Positions 28,777 through 38,746 are shown, counted from the first letter of the stretch. The stretch is DNA of 53,617 bases from Cytophagales bacterium (GCA_028282565.1 JANQHS010000363.1:1-53617); one strand, 5' to 3'. The notes: a model not told the origin generated them from the sequence alone. Numbers and translations are program-made.

Positions 28777-30563
28777 AAGGAAAACACCAATAAGCGCCAG
28801 ATCACATCCGGAGAAAGAGAGTCCAGAGATCCTTCAAGATTGCTTGCATTGAAGAGGGCGGACATCAAAGGATTGGAATCAAGAATTATGTCTCTTATCC
28901 CTTGGTCCACCCCTCCGGTCTCCATACCAAACCAGTTTTTCATCGGGACTGAAAAACCATGTTTTTCGCGATACACAAAGTCTGTTGGAAAGTCTTTCTC
29001 GAGAAGTTTTCTCAAAACCACCTTTCCCAGAGATGAATCTTTCCTGACCATTAGACTGCTCAGGGTTCGCCCGGATACTTTCGCAACCTCTTTATCGATC
29101 AGTGGAGTTCGCACCTCCAATCCATGCATCATGGCGACCACATCAACCTTGTACAGCATATTGTCAGGAAGGTAAAAATGTCGATCAAACTCCATTGCAA
29201 ATCCCAATGGATCAAGCCTGGAGTTTTTCATGGCCCAACCCGCGTAGAACTCATCGTCCTGCTCCAGAAATTGATGCATTTCCGGATTCAATATGGCGCG
29301 GCGCTTTTCATATACCAGACCCGGAGTATATTTCAACCAATTTTGAAGATTCTTTCGATCCCTGCCTTTCACCAAATCAAGAATCAATTGAATGCTCTTT
29401 CTCACGGGGGAAACCCCGTTCAGATTTAGCCAGCTTAGCCAGCGGAGATAAGAGCCATAGCCGCCAAAAAATTCATCCCCTCCATCACCGGACAACACCA
29501 TTTTTACGTTTTCTGCAGCAAGCTTTGCCAGATAAAATGTTGGTAGAACCGCCGGATCACCAAAAGGCTCACCGAAGTGATCGATGATTTTTCGGAGATC
29601 TTCGAGGGAAGAACTTTCGACTACTTCCATTAGGTGCTCCGTTTTGTACCTTTTTGAAGCGGTTTCTGCGTAGGGCAACTCATTAAAGCCGCTTTCTTTA
29701 AAACCAATACTGAAAGTCTGAACAGGGTTTTCCAAACACCTGGTCATATCGCCCACCACCAATGTCGAATCTACTCCACCTGACAAGAAAGCTCCAAACG
29801 GCACATCCGAAACGGTATGGCTTCGAACAGAGTCATACAAAGACCGCTGAACTGCATCGATATTTTCTGCCTCATTGGCGAATGTCCTGGCCTTGGTCCT
29901 TGATTTATTCTCTCCGTAGGTAATACTGAATTCGCTAAAGCTTATATCTATGGAAGCACCCGGCGCAAGCTTCTTGATATTTGTGTACGCCGTTTCGGGA
30001 TGCGAAATGTATCCCATGCGCAGATATCTGATCAACGCTTTGTAGTTCAATTCATTTTCATCAAGAAGCTTGCGAAGAGGGGCAATCTCAGAAGCAAAAG
30101 CAATGATCCGGCCCGACTGATAGTATACCAATGGCTTAATGCCAAATGGATCTCTGGCCAGAAAGAGTCTGTTCAATTCATTATCCCAAATGGCAAAGGC
30201 ATACATTCCCCTGAGGTGATCATGCACACTACTCCCCCACTCCGCAAAAGCATTGAGCAGTACTTCAGTATCCGAATTACTCTTGAAAGTGTACCCCTTG
30301 GAAATCAGAATCTCTTTAAGTTCCCGATAGTTATAGATCTCCCCATTGAACACAATGCAGTATCTACCTGAGTGATCATAGAAGGGTTGATCGCCATCTT
30401 TTAAGTCGATAATGGCAAGGCGGTTATGGCCTAAAAAACCCGAGTCGAAGCTGGCCGAATTGGTCCCGTCCGGCCCCCGATGACCTTGGATCTTTAGTGC
30501 TTCCTCGAACCTTTCACGAGATATTTTGGGATTGGGTTCAAAATATCCTAGGATGCCACACAT
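28758..30563 (-). CDS. asnB: Asparagine synthase (glutamine-hydrolysing) family amidotransferase, second copy
   Basis: MCGILG nucleophile and SGGVDST PP-loop. Length is 601 aa. Confidence 0.85.
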   Translation of the reverse strand: MCGILGYFEPNPKISRERFEEALKIQGHRGPDGTNSASFDSGFLGHNRLAIIDLKDGDQPFYDHSGRYCIVFNGEIYNYRELKEILISKGYTFKSNSDTEVLLNAFAEWGSSVHDHLRGMYAFAIWDNELNRLFLARDPFGIKPLVYYQSGRIIAFASEIAPLRKLLDENELNYKALIRYLRMGYISHPETAYTNIKKLAPGASIDISFSEFSITYGENKSRTKARTFANEAENIDAVQRSLYDSVRSHTVSDVPFGAFLSGGVDSTLVVGDMTRCLENPVQTFSIGFKESGFNELPYAETASKRYKTEHLMEVVESSSLEDLRKIIDHFGEPFGDPAVLPTFYLAKLAAENVKMVLSGDGGDEFFGGYGSYLRWLSWLNLNGVSPVRKSIQLILDLVKGRDRKNLQNWLKYTPGLVYEKRRAILNPEMHQFLEQDDEFYAGWAMKNSRLDPLGFAMEFDRHFYLPDNMLYKVDVVAMMHGLEVRTPLIDKEVAKVSGRTLSSLMVRKDSSLGKVVLRKLLEKDFPTDFVYREKHGFSVPMKNWFGMETGGVDQGIRDIILDSNPLMSALFNASNLEGSLDSLSPDVIWRLLVFSFWANSN

Positions 30564-30567
30564 AGAT

Positions 30568-31224
30568 TCAAATAGCTGATCTGAGACCGATAAATCTTTT
30601 TCCTATCCTTAGAAAGGGGAGATCTTTAACCATTTCGAAACCGAAACGATTCAGACTTTTCAATTGGGAGAGATTGCCAGCCTTGGTATAAATCCAGACC
30701 ATCCTAATACCTCTCTTTCTGAGGACATTGCAAATCTCAGCCATTACCAAACCATTGATACCCTTTCCCCATTGTTCCCGCTTCACCCTCACATGATATA
30801 TCCATGCATCTCCCTTCACAATTTCAACATGGGAGTTAACGGATTGGATAAAATGGCGCCCCTTTAACTGAACCCAATGGTAGCTAAGGATTTCTCCATC
30901 TTTCTCAGAGATAAAGCAGAGGTCTCCACCACCGATCCTTTCATTCATTTCATCAATGTTCAAACCCGGATTTACATTCAATAGCCTATGTAATTCGGGG
31001 CTTGAAATTATACCGATGCTGAGGCGTTCGGGCTGAACCGGGATATCTTCATTCAACTCCTTCCTGAACAACCTTTCAGCTGAGATCTCAGGAAAAGAAT
31101 TTCTGATCTTTCTAAAGCTCTTTCGTATCCGATAAGGTAATGCCATCGAATTGAAATCGATCCTTGAGGAAATCGAATATTTCGACCAAGCTGGTTCTGT
31201 AATTTTCGAGATCTCCTTCATCAC
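30568..31224 (-). CDS. GNAT family acetyltransferase
   Basis: QWGKGINGLVMAEI acetyl-CoA motif near the C-terminus. The start is uncertain: the longest ORF overlaps the upstream gene by 113 nt, and the ATG at 31146 is an alternative. Confidence 0.65.
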   Translation of the reverse strand: MMKEISKITEPAWSKYSISSRIDFNSMALPYRIRKSFRKIRNSFPEISAERLFRKELNEDIPVQPERLSIGIISSPELHRLLNVNPGLNIDEMNERIGGGDLCFISEKDGEILSYHWVQLKGRHFIQSVNSHVEIVKGDAWIYHVRVKREQWGKGINGLVMAEICNVLRKRGIRMVWIYTKAGNLSQLKSLNRFGFEMVKDLPFLRIGKRFIGLRSAI

Positions 31225-32089
31225 TCACATAAGGACTGCCTCCTATCTCTATCTCATTGCTATGAAACATCATATTCAAGACTATAAATGGATCGTTTCT
31301 CCGCGCTTGTACCAGAGATTCGATCCCCCGTCTGATCTCCTCAGATGAGGATTTGAAAGGCCTCAGCCATATCGGTTTTGGAATCACCCCAAAACGCCTT
31401 AGGATCCTTCTATGCAATCGATTCTTTTCATTGAAGGGCGATATCAATTGGGAGGGAAAATTGAGCAGGCCGGGCACCAAACAAGTGGCCGGAACTTCCA
31501 GAATAGACATTTTTCCTTTCCTTCTAAAGTTCTTGTATGATGGGTAATATGGCTGAACCGGGGCACCCCAAAAATTGATTCGACTATTTGCAAAAACCTG
31601 ATTGGAAAATGGTGCCACACTTGAGTCCACCTGATACTCCAGATCCTGTAAGATCCGCAGCGTATGAGAACTGATCCCCCATCTCCCCGCTCTGAAACTC
31701 AAAGGCTTTCTTCCAAAGCTCTCTGTGAACAATGAGGTCAGGCCTAGAAGCTTCTCCTTTTCAATTTCATATCCATACTCAAATTGCGGGATTTTGGTCC
31801 TATCGCAATCATACTCGGCATGTGGATCAATGAACTCCCCATGAAGATGGGTTCCGAGTTCTGCTCCCTTTACACTTGCCAGTGTACTCCGGGATTCTTT
31901 ATCTCGTATCACCTCCGGACTCAACAAATACGTCGGTTTTATTCCATAGCTGGAAAACAAAGGAGATAACACATTTGGGATTCCATGAATGACTGAGTTA
32001 AACTTCAATGGACGTTGGATCCTCCATCCCGGACCCTTGTCGCATTCGGTATCGATGGAGACAGCTAAAAAAACCTTATTGGTACCCAT
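31112..32089 (-). CDS. WalW-like polysaccharide deacetylase family protein
   Basis: LAVSIDTECDKGPGW near the N-terminus and GTHLHGEF. This resembles the divergent carbohydrate-esterase-4-like WalW group. The assignment was made by eye. Confidence 0.55.
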   Translation of the reverse strand: MGTNKVFLAVSIDTECDKGPGWRIQRPLKFNSVIHGIPNVLSPLFSSYGIKPTYLLSPEVIRDKESRSTLASVKGAELGTHLHGEFIDPHAEYDCDRTKIPQFEYGYEIEKEKLLGLTSLFTESFGRKPLSFRAGRWGISSHTLRILQDLEYQVDSSVAPFSNQVFANSRINFWGAPVQPYYPSYKNFRRKGKMSILEVPATCLVPGLLNFPSQLISPFNEKNRLHRRILRRFGVIPKPIWLRPFKSSSEEIRRGIESLVQARRNDPFIVLNMMFHSNEIEIGGSPYVSDEGDLENYRTSLVEIFDFLKDRFQFDGITLSDTKEL

Positions 32090-33017
32090 ACTTCCTTGAA
32101 AAGGCTTCCGTATTGGTCTTCATTTCGGACAGCCTGGCTTCGCTCAATTCCGATCTCCATCTTTCATCCAGAAAAAAATTGCCCGAACCCTTGTAAGACT
32201 CTTTACCTGAAAACTTAAGATCATTGGAGTCCTTTCCCTGGTTGTCATTGATTCTCATCATGATGGTCATACTGCCTCCGAGAATGTGTTGGCGTGAGCC
32301 TGGATAATCCTCCATCTCGGTTTCATATTCAAGGCCAAGAAACCGGCAAAGGTCGGTGCCTGTTCTTTCAGGGTTCAACACCAGATCCTCATATTTCACC
32401 ATCATGCGTTTTTCCTTCGGCAAGGCTTCAAAATAAGCCTCATTGTTTCTGTACCGCCTTTGTATGATGGACACCGATTCGGCAAATGATTCGTTCAGCT
32501 TTCTTTGCCTTGAGGCAACCAAGGCCCGGAAATCGCGCACCAAGAAAATATATCGATGATCAAACTTTGCATTTCTGGATTGCCAGTTCGACCATTTCAA
32601 GGTTTTGCTTCCATCGAGCACCACTTTCAGATGCGGTTGCGATCTGAAGATCTTATGATAAATGGCACCTGGCAAAAGATCCGGAAATATTTGACCGAGA
32701 ATGCCAAGCGCAAGTCGTTTGAGACGTCTAAGTCTCCCAAAATTTGCAAAGAAGAAGGCATTAACATTTCGCAAAAATCCCTTTCTTCCTATGGTCAGAT
32801 CCCAAATCTCGCAGGATTCATTACAATAAACGCAGCGACAATCCCGATTGGTTTTATGGGCTTCCAGTACCTCTCCTAAATTTAGAATGTCGCTATGTGC
32901 ACCCAAGAAATGCGTCAACAATGTGCTTCCCGAATAACCGGACGCGATAAGGTGTGCTACGATGGGCTTGCTCACGCGATCAATTTTTTGATAGATGACC
33001 GGATCTTCGTAGCCCAA
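32076..33017 (-). CDS. Sulfotransferase family protein
   Basis: 5'-PSB-like loop ASGYSGSTLL and 3'-PB-like FLVRDFRALVAS. Confidence 0.7.
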   Translation of the reverse strand: MGYEDPVIYQKIDRVSKPIVAHLIASGYSGSTLLTHFLGAHSDILNLGEVLEAHKTNRDCRCVYCNESCEIWDLTIGRKGFLRNVNAFFFANFGRLRRLKRLALGILGQIFPDLLPGAIYHKIFRSQPHLKVVLDGSKTLKWSNWQSRNAKFDHRYIFLVRDFRALVASRQRKLNESFAESVSIIQRRYRNNEAYFEALPKEKRMMVKYEDLVLNPERTGTDLCRFLGLEYETEMEDYPGSRQHILGGSMTIMMRINDNQGKDSNDLKFSGKESYKGSGNFFLDERWRSELSEARLSEMKTNTEAFSRKYGYQ

Positions 33018-33970
33018 TAATTCCAGGAAAGCCTGTTTTCCAACAACAGGTTTGTATAATATTGGTAATGCGTCGTGTATTGAGTTTTGTACCCAGACTC
33101 ACCCCTCATAAAATTGAACTCCTTAACATCTTCCAATTGAAAGGCTCTTTTTACTGTTTCAAAAAGCAAAACCTTTCCAGGTGAAAACTCTGCATATGCA
33201 GGATCAAAGGTTGGCAGATAATGGTAATGGATCCCGTCCTTAAAAAAATCAAGCTGGTATGCCCAAATCTTATTGTCATCGCCGATCATTTTCGAATATA
33301 ACACCCAGCCTTTCCTGGCGTAAATATCCATTACCTCCAACAGCATCTTGAAGTGCGAATCGTTGAGAAAAGAATTGGATTGCCCTTTTTTAGCTCTTCG
33401 ATCAAAGTAGATCCTCAGAATCTCTTCCAATTCCGACCTTTCGATAACCCCTGATTGTACCACCGAATACGATCTGCCGGCTTTTTCAATTCTATTGATC
33501 CTCCCTCGCACATCCCTCAGTGATCTCCTCAAAAAGGAATCGTAATAGTGCTCGTAGTCCTGGGTTGTATCAATAAAGTAGTTTCTGTCTGTCCTGGTTT
33601 CAACTTTTCGAATGAAAGGAGAAGTGATGATTTTTGAAAATTCATCGACAATCCTCGAGTTTGGCTCGAGATTGATGAGTCGAATTTCATCCCATTTCGT
33701 TCTCTGCTTCAGTACTTTCTTATAGTATTTCTCACAAAGCCCCCTGATGTCATCCGTTGTCTGCCCTATGCAGAAAAAATCATTTGGGCCATGCCCCAAT
33801 GGATAATACGCCCGATATGTCCAAAGCCTGGAAACCCGCTTTTCCACTTTCATTAAAGGGAAATCAAGCAGCCCATTTTCTCCGAGGTTGATCCAATCAT
33901 CGGAACTAAGTCCATAATTCTTGATGAAGGTTTGATACCAGGAATTCGTGGAGTTTATATTATACTTCAA
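32972..33970 (-). CDS. CelD/BcsL/FemAB-like GNAT-fold acyltransferase (Acetyltransf_6-like)
   Basis: C-terminal FSPGKVLLFETVKRAFQLEDVKEFNFMRGESGYK is typical of the BioF2-like/CelD acetyltransferase domain. Length is 332 aa. Confidence 0.6.
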   Translation of the reverse strand: MKYNINSTNSWYQTFIKNYGLSSDDWINLGENGLLDFPLMKVEKRVSRLWTYRAYYPLGHGPNDFFCIGQTTDDIRGLCEKYYKKVLKQRTKWDEIRLINLEPNSRIVDEFSKIITSPFIRKVETRTDRNYFIDTTQDYEHYYDSFLRRSLRDVRGRINRIEKAGRSYSVVQSGVIERSELEEILRIYFDRRAKKGQSNSFLNDSHFKMLLEVMDIYARKGWVLYSKMIGDDNKIWAYQLDFFKDGIHYHYLPTFDPAYAEFSPGKVLLFETVKRAFQLEDVKEFNFMRGESGYKTQYTTHYQYYTNLLLENRLSWNYWATKIRSSIKKLIA

Positions 33971-34937
33971 CTCTTCTTTGAATTCTTAACAAAGACCTTC
34001 TTATAAATCCCGGCTTAAAAAGAAAGTATAATTCACCGGCATCAAGAGAAGCAAGAAAGCCCCTCCAGTTCCTCACAAGAAAATCAAACAGAATTCTCTC
34101 ATGATACCTGAAATACTTTCCGAACTGATCGAGCTGAACTTTTCGAGAGAGAAAAAACAATACTTTCAATTTGTTCTTCGCAAGAAAAATGGCTTGACTG
34201 CCTCTGCTTGTCCACCTGCCACCGGAGTGATGCCGGTGGACTACGGACATCTTATCCAAGAAAAAAATAGGCGCATTCAGACAAAGAACGATATCAAGAA
34301 AAAAATCACCATTCAGATATTTATAATTATACCAATCAGGGCCATTCACCCATAGATCATTCCGATAGAGTATCGAGGAACTGAGCCAGGGAGACTTGAA
34401 ATCATAAAGCGCGTGAAAAATATTCCTCTGGTTTCGCGAATTGATACTTGGGATCTTGGCATGCACCATCTTGGATGTAGTGGTATCCTGAAAATAACCA
34501 TGCGTTACCACTGCCGAATAGTCCTCATTCTCTATAAGCAATGAATACTGATCGTATAATTTTTTATCGTCTATCCAGTAATCGTCCCCCTCCATATAGG
34601 CGATAAATTTTCCTTTGGCCGCATTTTGCAATTGTTCCCAATTCCTCAAGGGGCCGACATTGCTTTTCTGGATAAGAAATTTGATGCGATCAGGATATTT
34701 CTCTCCATATTCCCGCACAATTTCGCTGGTGCCATCATCGGAGCAATCGTCGTATATAAGGACCTCATAGTCATAGGGAAATTTTTGCTCCATAACACTT
34801 TCGATTGCCTTGGAGATGAAGGAAGCGTGGTTATAGGTGATTATGCAAACCGATACTTCCAAGCTCAGTTTCCTTTCTTGCAGCATAGGAAAATGCTGGA
34901 GCAGAGATCTGGATATTGTTGACCTAGCATATAGCAT
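33960..34937 (-). CDS. Glycosyltransferase family 2
   Basis: VSVCIITYNHASFI, YDDCSDDGT and EGDDYW (DxD) motifs. The likely true start is the ATG at 34886 (MLQERKL). Confidence 0.8.
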   Translation of the reverse strand: MLYARSTISRSLLQHFPMLQERKLSLEVSVCIITYNHASFISKAIESVMEQKFPYDYEVLIYDDCSDDGTSEIVREYGEKYPDRIKFLIQKSNVGPLRNWEQLQNAAKGKFIAYMEGDDYWIDDKKLYDQYSLLIENEDYSAVVTHGYFQDTTTSKMVHAKIPSINSRNQRNIFHALYDFKSPWLSSSILYRNDLWVNGPDWYNYKYLNGDFFLDIVLCLNAPIFFLDKMSVVHRHHSGGRWTSRGSQAIFLAKNKLKVLFFLSRKVQLDQFGKYFRYHERILFDFLVRNWRGFLASLDAGELYFLFKPGFIRRSLLRIQRRVEV

Positions 34938-35608
34938 CCATCCAAATATTCCTTAGAAACAATTTCTTGCGCTATCACCTGATCCCATTGGAAATTGGCA
35001 AGTGCCTTAAAAAATATTCCCTGCCTGATAACAACATCCAAACCTGCCTTTGAGGCATCTCTTTCCAGAGTATCCAATGAGTACGTGATTCTATGCCCAT
35101 GTTTTCTTTCGGATTCCGTCACCGCAGCATTATGAGAGATCAGCCCCATTTTTACAGCAATTTGTCTTGACGGAGCATTGGCATTTGGACAAACCAAAAA
35201 AAATCGCCCATCATCCGATAGCCATTCATCATTGATCCTTTTTAATACACCTACAGGATCATCAAGGTGTTCCAACACATGTGTAAGGAATATATTGTCG
35301 TACTTTTCTTTCAGTTCTACATCTTCGAAAAGCCCCTGAATAAATTTTACATTCTCGGGAAGGTGGTTTTTTGCTTCTTCTATTGCCTCATCAGAGGCTT
35401 CGAGGCAGGTAATATCTGAGAAAAACGGCAATAGACGTCTTGTAAAATCTCCTTTGAAGCTTCCAAGTTCCAGCGCATTACCATTTACCATGAATGGCTC
35501 AAAGGACTTTATCATATAAGGATGCATTACATCGAAATCAAACCCATAAGCATATTTATGATCTTTTGTATCCTTTAATTCCTCGTTGTAATTTCTCTTG
35601 TTGCTCAT
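34865..35608 (-). CDS. Class I SAM-dependent methyltransferase
   Basis: ALELGSFKGDFT SAM loop and IFLTHVLEHLDDP motif. Confidence 0.75.
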   Translation of the reverse strand: MSNKRNYNEELKDTKDHKYAYGFDFDVMHPYMIKSFEPFMVNGNALELGSFKGDFTRRLLPFFSDITCLEASDEAIEEAKNHLPENVKFIQGLFEDVELKEKYDNIFLTHVLEHLDDPVGVLKRINDEWLSDDGRFFLVCPNANAPSRQIAVKMGLISHNAAVTESERKHGHRITYSLDTLERDASKAGLDVVIRQGIFFKALANFQWDQVIAQEIVSKEYLDGCYMLGQQYPDLCSSIFLCCKKGN

Positions 35609-36063
35609 TTTTTAAGATTTAGGACCATTTTTAATTCCGTACCATTCATTCCCTTTTCTGCAAAGCCGAGGGAACGATATAGGTTTATTGCAATTTGGTT
35701 TTTTCCGTTCACCTCTAACTCTAATTCAGCGGCATCCTGACTCATTAGGTAGTCGATTGTCTTCATGACCAGTCTTTTTCCAATTCCCATTCCGCTATAT
35801 TTTGATAGCACACTCACATTCGTTATGAAAGCAGTACCTGCTGCACCGTTATTGTAAAACGCAACCAGGCCTATCAATTCCCTCCGGGCTGACCAAGCCT
35901 CACAGCGATGGGCTAAATTGAGGATCTTCTTAGAATATGATCTCAGATCCAATCGATCCGAAAGAGGTGGCATAAAATCTTGGTCGCAGGCTTGAAGATG
36001 CCCGAATACCTGCTCCTCAGAAGACATATCCATTTGAATTGAAATACCTTCAGGAAGCTTCAA
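35605..36063 (-). CDS. GNAT family N-acetyltransferase
   Basis: YSGMGIGKRLV acetyl-CoA motif. Length is 152 aa. Confidence 0.75.
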   Translation of the reverse strand: MKLPEGISIQMDMSSEEQVFGHLQACDQDFMPPLSDRLDLRSYSKKILNLAHRCEAWSARRELIGLVAFYNNGAAGTAFITNVSVLSKYSGMGIGKRLVMKTIDYLMSQDAAELELEVNGKNQIAINLYRSLGFAEKGMNGTELKMVLNLKK

Positions 36064-36081
36064 CGGCTTCGGAATTCATTG

Positions 36082-37059
36082 CTATTCGGAAACCGCAAGA
36101 CCGAAACCATGTTTTCCAAATTCATTTCCATTGTACAGGACATGCAACTTTCCGTTCAGAGCGAAAACATTTGGATAGCACATCATTTCGCTGTCCCATG
36201 AGTTCTCTTCACGATTCAATCCCAATTCATCATCTTTCCTTTCCCATGACTTTAGATCTCTGGATAAGGCATAACCCAGTCTATAGGCTTTTTGGGGCTC
36301 ATTCCGAAAACCCTTGGCCTCACGATAACAAAAAACCATGTGATATACCCCATCAAAAAAAGCTACTGACGGGAGTGCCTGGCACTCATCAGGACCCAGA
36401 ACATCTGGAATTATGCGGCTTGAGTTTTCTCTTTTCCAGGAGAGCCCATCACCCGATATCGCATGTCCAATTTTATAAACCCTGGCAACAGGCTCATCTT
36501 CATCTTCGGGTATCCATTTGGTGCCAAATATGTACCACATATGAAAATCTCCCTTAAGCTTTTGAACAAATGAATCTCCAACCAATACGGGTTCAGAAGG
36601 TGTTGCGGACAGCACGGGACCCCTGCCTATCCTTGAAAAGCTGCGCCCCCCATCAACGCTCTTTACCAACCCCGTAGAAGTCTCTACCGGAACCGAAACC
36701 CTCCTACTCCATCCGCAGGTATAACCCCAAATTTCATTTTCATGCTTAAACGGGCTGAAGGGAAAAATTCCATGCTCATCGAATGTGCCAATATCCCCAA
36801 GGGGTATCACCGTCTCATTTGAAATTCCCAGTATGTGATCAAAATTGAAATCAAAATCAACAAATGCTACATGGCTTAGAAACATTCCCGCTCCGTCAGG
36901 CTTTCTTGTGCAGAAATAGACCCGGACCCGGTCATCAAGAACCAGAGCTTGCGGGGACTGCGCATGCGAAACACAATCAAAAGGAAGTTTGTGTTGATGA
37001 ACATCAAAGAGCAGCCCCCTTTTCCGCCACTTCATAATTTGCCTTGTAGAATTGCGCAT
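36082..37059 (-). CDS. Beta-propeller glycosidase/phosphorylase-superfamily-like protein (GH32/43/130-like), paralog 1
   Basis: 325-aa ORF with repeated blade-like motifs (DGGRSF, GDGLSW, NSWDSEM). It is alignable along its full length with the adjacent paralog. The family assignment is tentative. Confidence 0.5.
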   Translation of the reverse strand: MRNSTRQIMKWRKRGLLFDVHQHKLPFDCVSHAQSPQALVLDDRVRVYFCTRKPDGAGMFLSHVAFVDFDFNFDHILGISNETVIPLGDIGTFDEHGIFPFSPFKHENEIWGYTCGWSRRVSVPVETSTGLVKSVDGGRSFSRIGRGPVLSATPSEPVLVGDSFVQKLKGDFHMWYIFGTKWIPEDEDEPVARVYKIGHAISGDGLSWKRENSSRIIPDVLGPDECQALPSVAFFDGVYHMVFCYREAKGFRNEPQKAYRLGYALSRDLKSWERKDDELGLNREENSWDSEMMCYPNVFALNGKLHVLYNGNEFGKHGFGLAVSE

Positions 37060-37997
37060 CCAAACCCCTCCTTACCAACAGAATTCCCCAGGTAAAACAT
37101 GTATGTTTCACCATTCAACTCAAATACTGTCGGATAGCTGATCATTTCGGAATCCCAGCCGTTTTCCGAAACATCTATTCCTACCCTTTCATCATCCCTT
37201 TCCCAATTAAGAAGATCGCTTGAGGAGGCATAACCGATCCGATAGCCATTTTCTCTGTTGCGGTAGTCCTTTCCATTTCGATAACAAAAGAACATATGGT
37301 ACTTCCCACCTGAGAAAAAAATATCCGGGCTTGCCTGTGCTTCAAGCGGAAGCTTTGTCTGAATCAGGTCCTTGCCTGTCTTTTCCCATGAATATCCATC
37401 CTCTGAGATCGCTGAGCGGATCAGATAGATAGGCTCTGGCTTTCCGTTATCATCGATCCATTCTTTTCCGGCGATATAGAACAAATAGTACCTGTCGTTA
37501 AAGAACCGGATCTTCGGGCCACTCAATACAAAAGGCTCATCCGGTGAAAAAGACAATATGGGTCCCGGGCCAATTTTCTTAAATGATACACCTCCGTCAT
37601 TACTGATCCCCATACCAATAGAAACATTGAATGGAACCGATCTGCAACGCGTCCAACCGGCATAATAGGCCCTATATCGACCTTCCCCGGAGCCCTTAAT
37701 TACCGAAACAGGATAGATTCCGAATTCATCGAACATCCCCAGGTCACCCAAGGGAAAAATAGGCTCTGATGAAACCCTTTTTACCTGAAAAAGATCATCC
37801 CGTTCCAGGTCAACAAAACCGGAATAGCTTTTGTATTGGCCCTGATCATCAGGACTGGGGCGAGTGGAAAAATAAACTCTTATGAAGGAATCATGCAGGA
37901 TCACCGATGGGGCCTGCGCAAATTCCACCATCCACTCAGGAGTAACATGATCCTTTGGACCAAATACCAAACCCAGCTTTTTCCAAGTGAAGCTCAA
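37032..37997 (-). CDS. Beta-propeller glycosidase/phosphorylase-superfamily-like protein, paralog 2
   Basis: 321-aa ORF sharing blocks with paralog 1 (YHMxFCYR, DGxSW, GWDSEM, ELNG). The two genes are tandem and overlap by 28 nt. Confidence 0.5.
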   Translation of the reverse strand: MSFTWKKLGLVFGPKDHVTPEWMVEFAQAPSVILHDSFIRVYFSTRPSPDDQGQYKSYSGFVDLERDDLFQVKRVSSEPIFPLGDLGMFDEFGIYPVSVIKGSGEGRYRAYYAGWTRCRSVPFNVSIGMGISNDGGVSFKKIGPGPILSFSPDEPFVLSGPKIRFFNDRYYLFYIAGKEWIDDNGKPEPIYLIRSAISEDGYSWEKTGKDLIQTKLPLEAQASPDIFFSGGKYHMFFCYRNGKDYRNRENGYRIGYASSSDLLNWERDDERVGIDVSENGWDSEMISYPTVFELNGETYMFYLGNSVGKEGFGCAILQGKL

Positions 37998-38002
37998 TTT
38001 AT

Positions 38003-38746
38003 TTATTCCTTTTCAACAATTTTAAAATCACCTTGAATATGAGATTTTGCAAAATCAGTTCCCTCGAACATCAAAATATCAATTATGCTCAGTGCAGGAA
38101 TAAAGTCTTTCGAATTTTGTGTATAAGGCGACAATCCCGATTTGAGGAATTTTAAACTGATTCCATTGTGCCGAAAATTGTCTTGACTGTAGATTTCCAT
38201 TCCACCAATGGGGTTTACATATTCATTTCCCCCTATTGACATGACAATATCGATTACCCTTTTTTCGCTTTTAAGTTTGCTATCGTGAGGAACATCCGAG
38301 GAACGCAATATTTTGGTGTCAATATCCAGGTACTCATTGATCCTTTTCAAGCTATTGAACAGAAATAGAAACAGGTTTCGATCCTCAAACAAAAACACAT
38401 CTTTGAGAAGCTGAAAAGTATCGTCAAAATAGGGAGCCTTCCTGTAGGCCCCCTCTATTCTTCTCAGAAGTTTTTGGGATTCCTGATCAAAGCTTTCGGA
38501 TAAATAGCGTTCATGAATATCCAGATAATCGGAGTCCTTCTTTAAAGGTAGGGAGAAGTAATCCGCATCCCCGTTTTTCAGATATCGGTTCCTATGAATC
38601 CAACCCTTTTTGGTGAATTGTATGTTATCATAGACCACGAAAACATCACAGTAGTCAATGAGCTGAAAATATCCGATATAGGGGAAGAAATAAGGCTGCA
38701 TGATCCCGACTCTTTCTACAGGATCAGCTTTCAACATTTCTTTCAA
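38003..38746 (-). CDS. WbqC family protein (function unknown, O-antigen-locus associated)
   Basis: MQPYFFPYIGYFQLI and FTKKGWIHRNR are signature motifs of the WbqC-like family. Confidence 0.7.
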   Translation of the reverse strand: MKEMLKADPVERVGIMQPYFFPYIGYFQLIDYCDVFVVYDNIQFTKKGWIHRNRYLKNGDADYFSLPLKKDSDYLDIHERYLSESFDQESQKLLRRIEGAYRKAPYFDDTFQLLKDVFLFEDRNLFLFLFNSLKRINEYLDIDTKILRSSDVPHDSKLKSEKRVIDIVMSIGGNEYVNPIGGMEIYSQDNFRHNGISLKFLKSGLSPYTQNSKDFIPALSIIDILMFEGTDFAKSHIQGDFKIVEKE

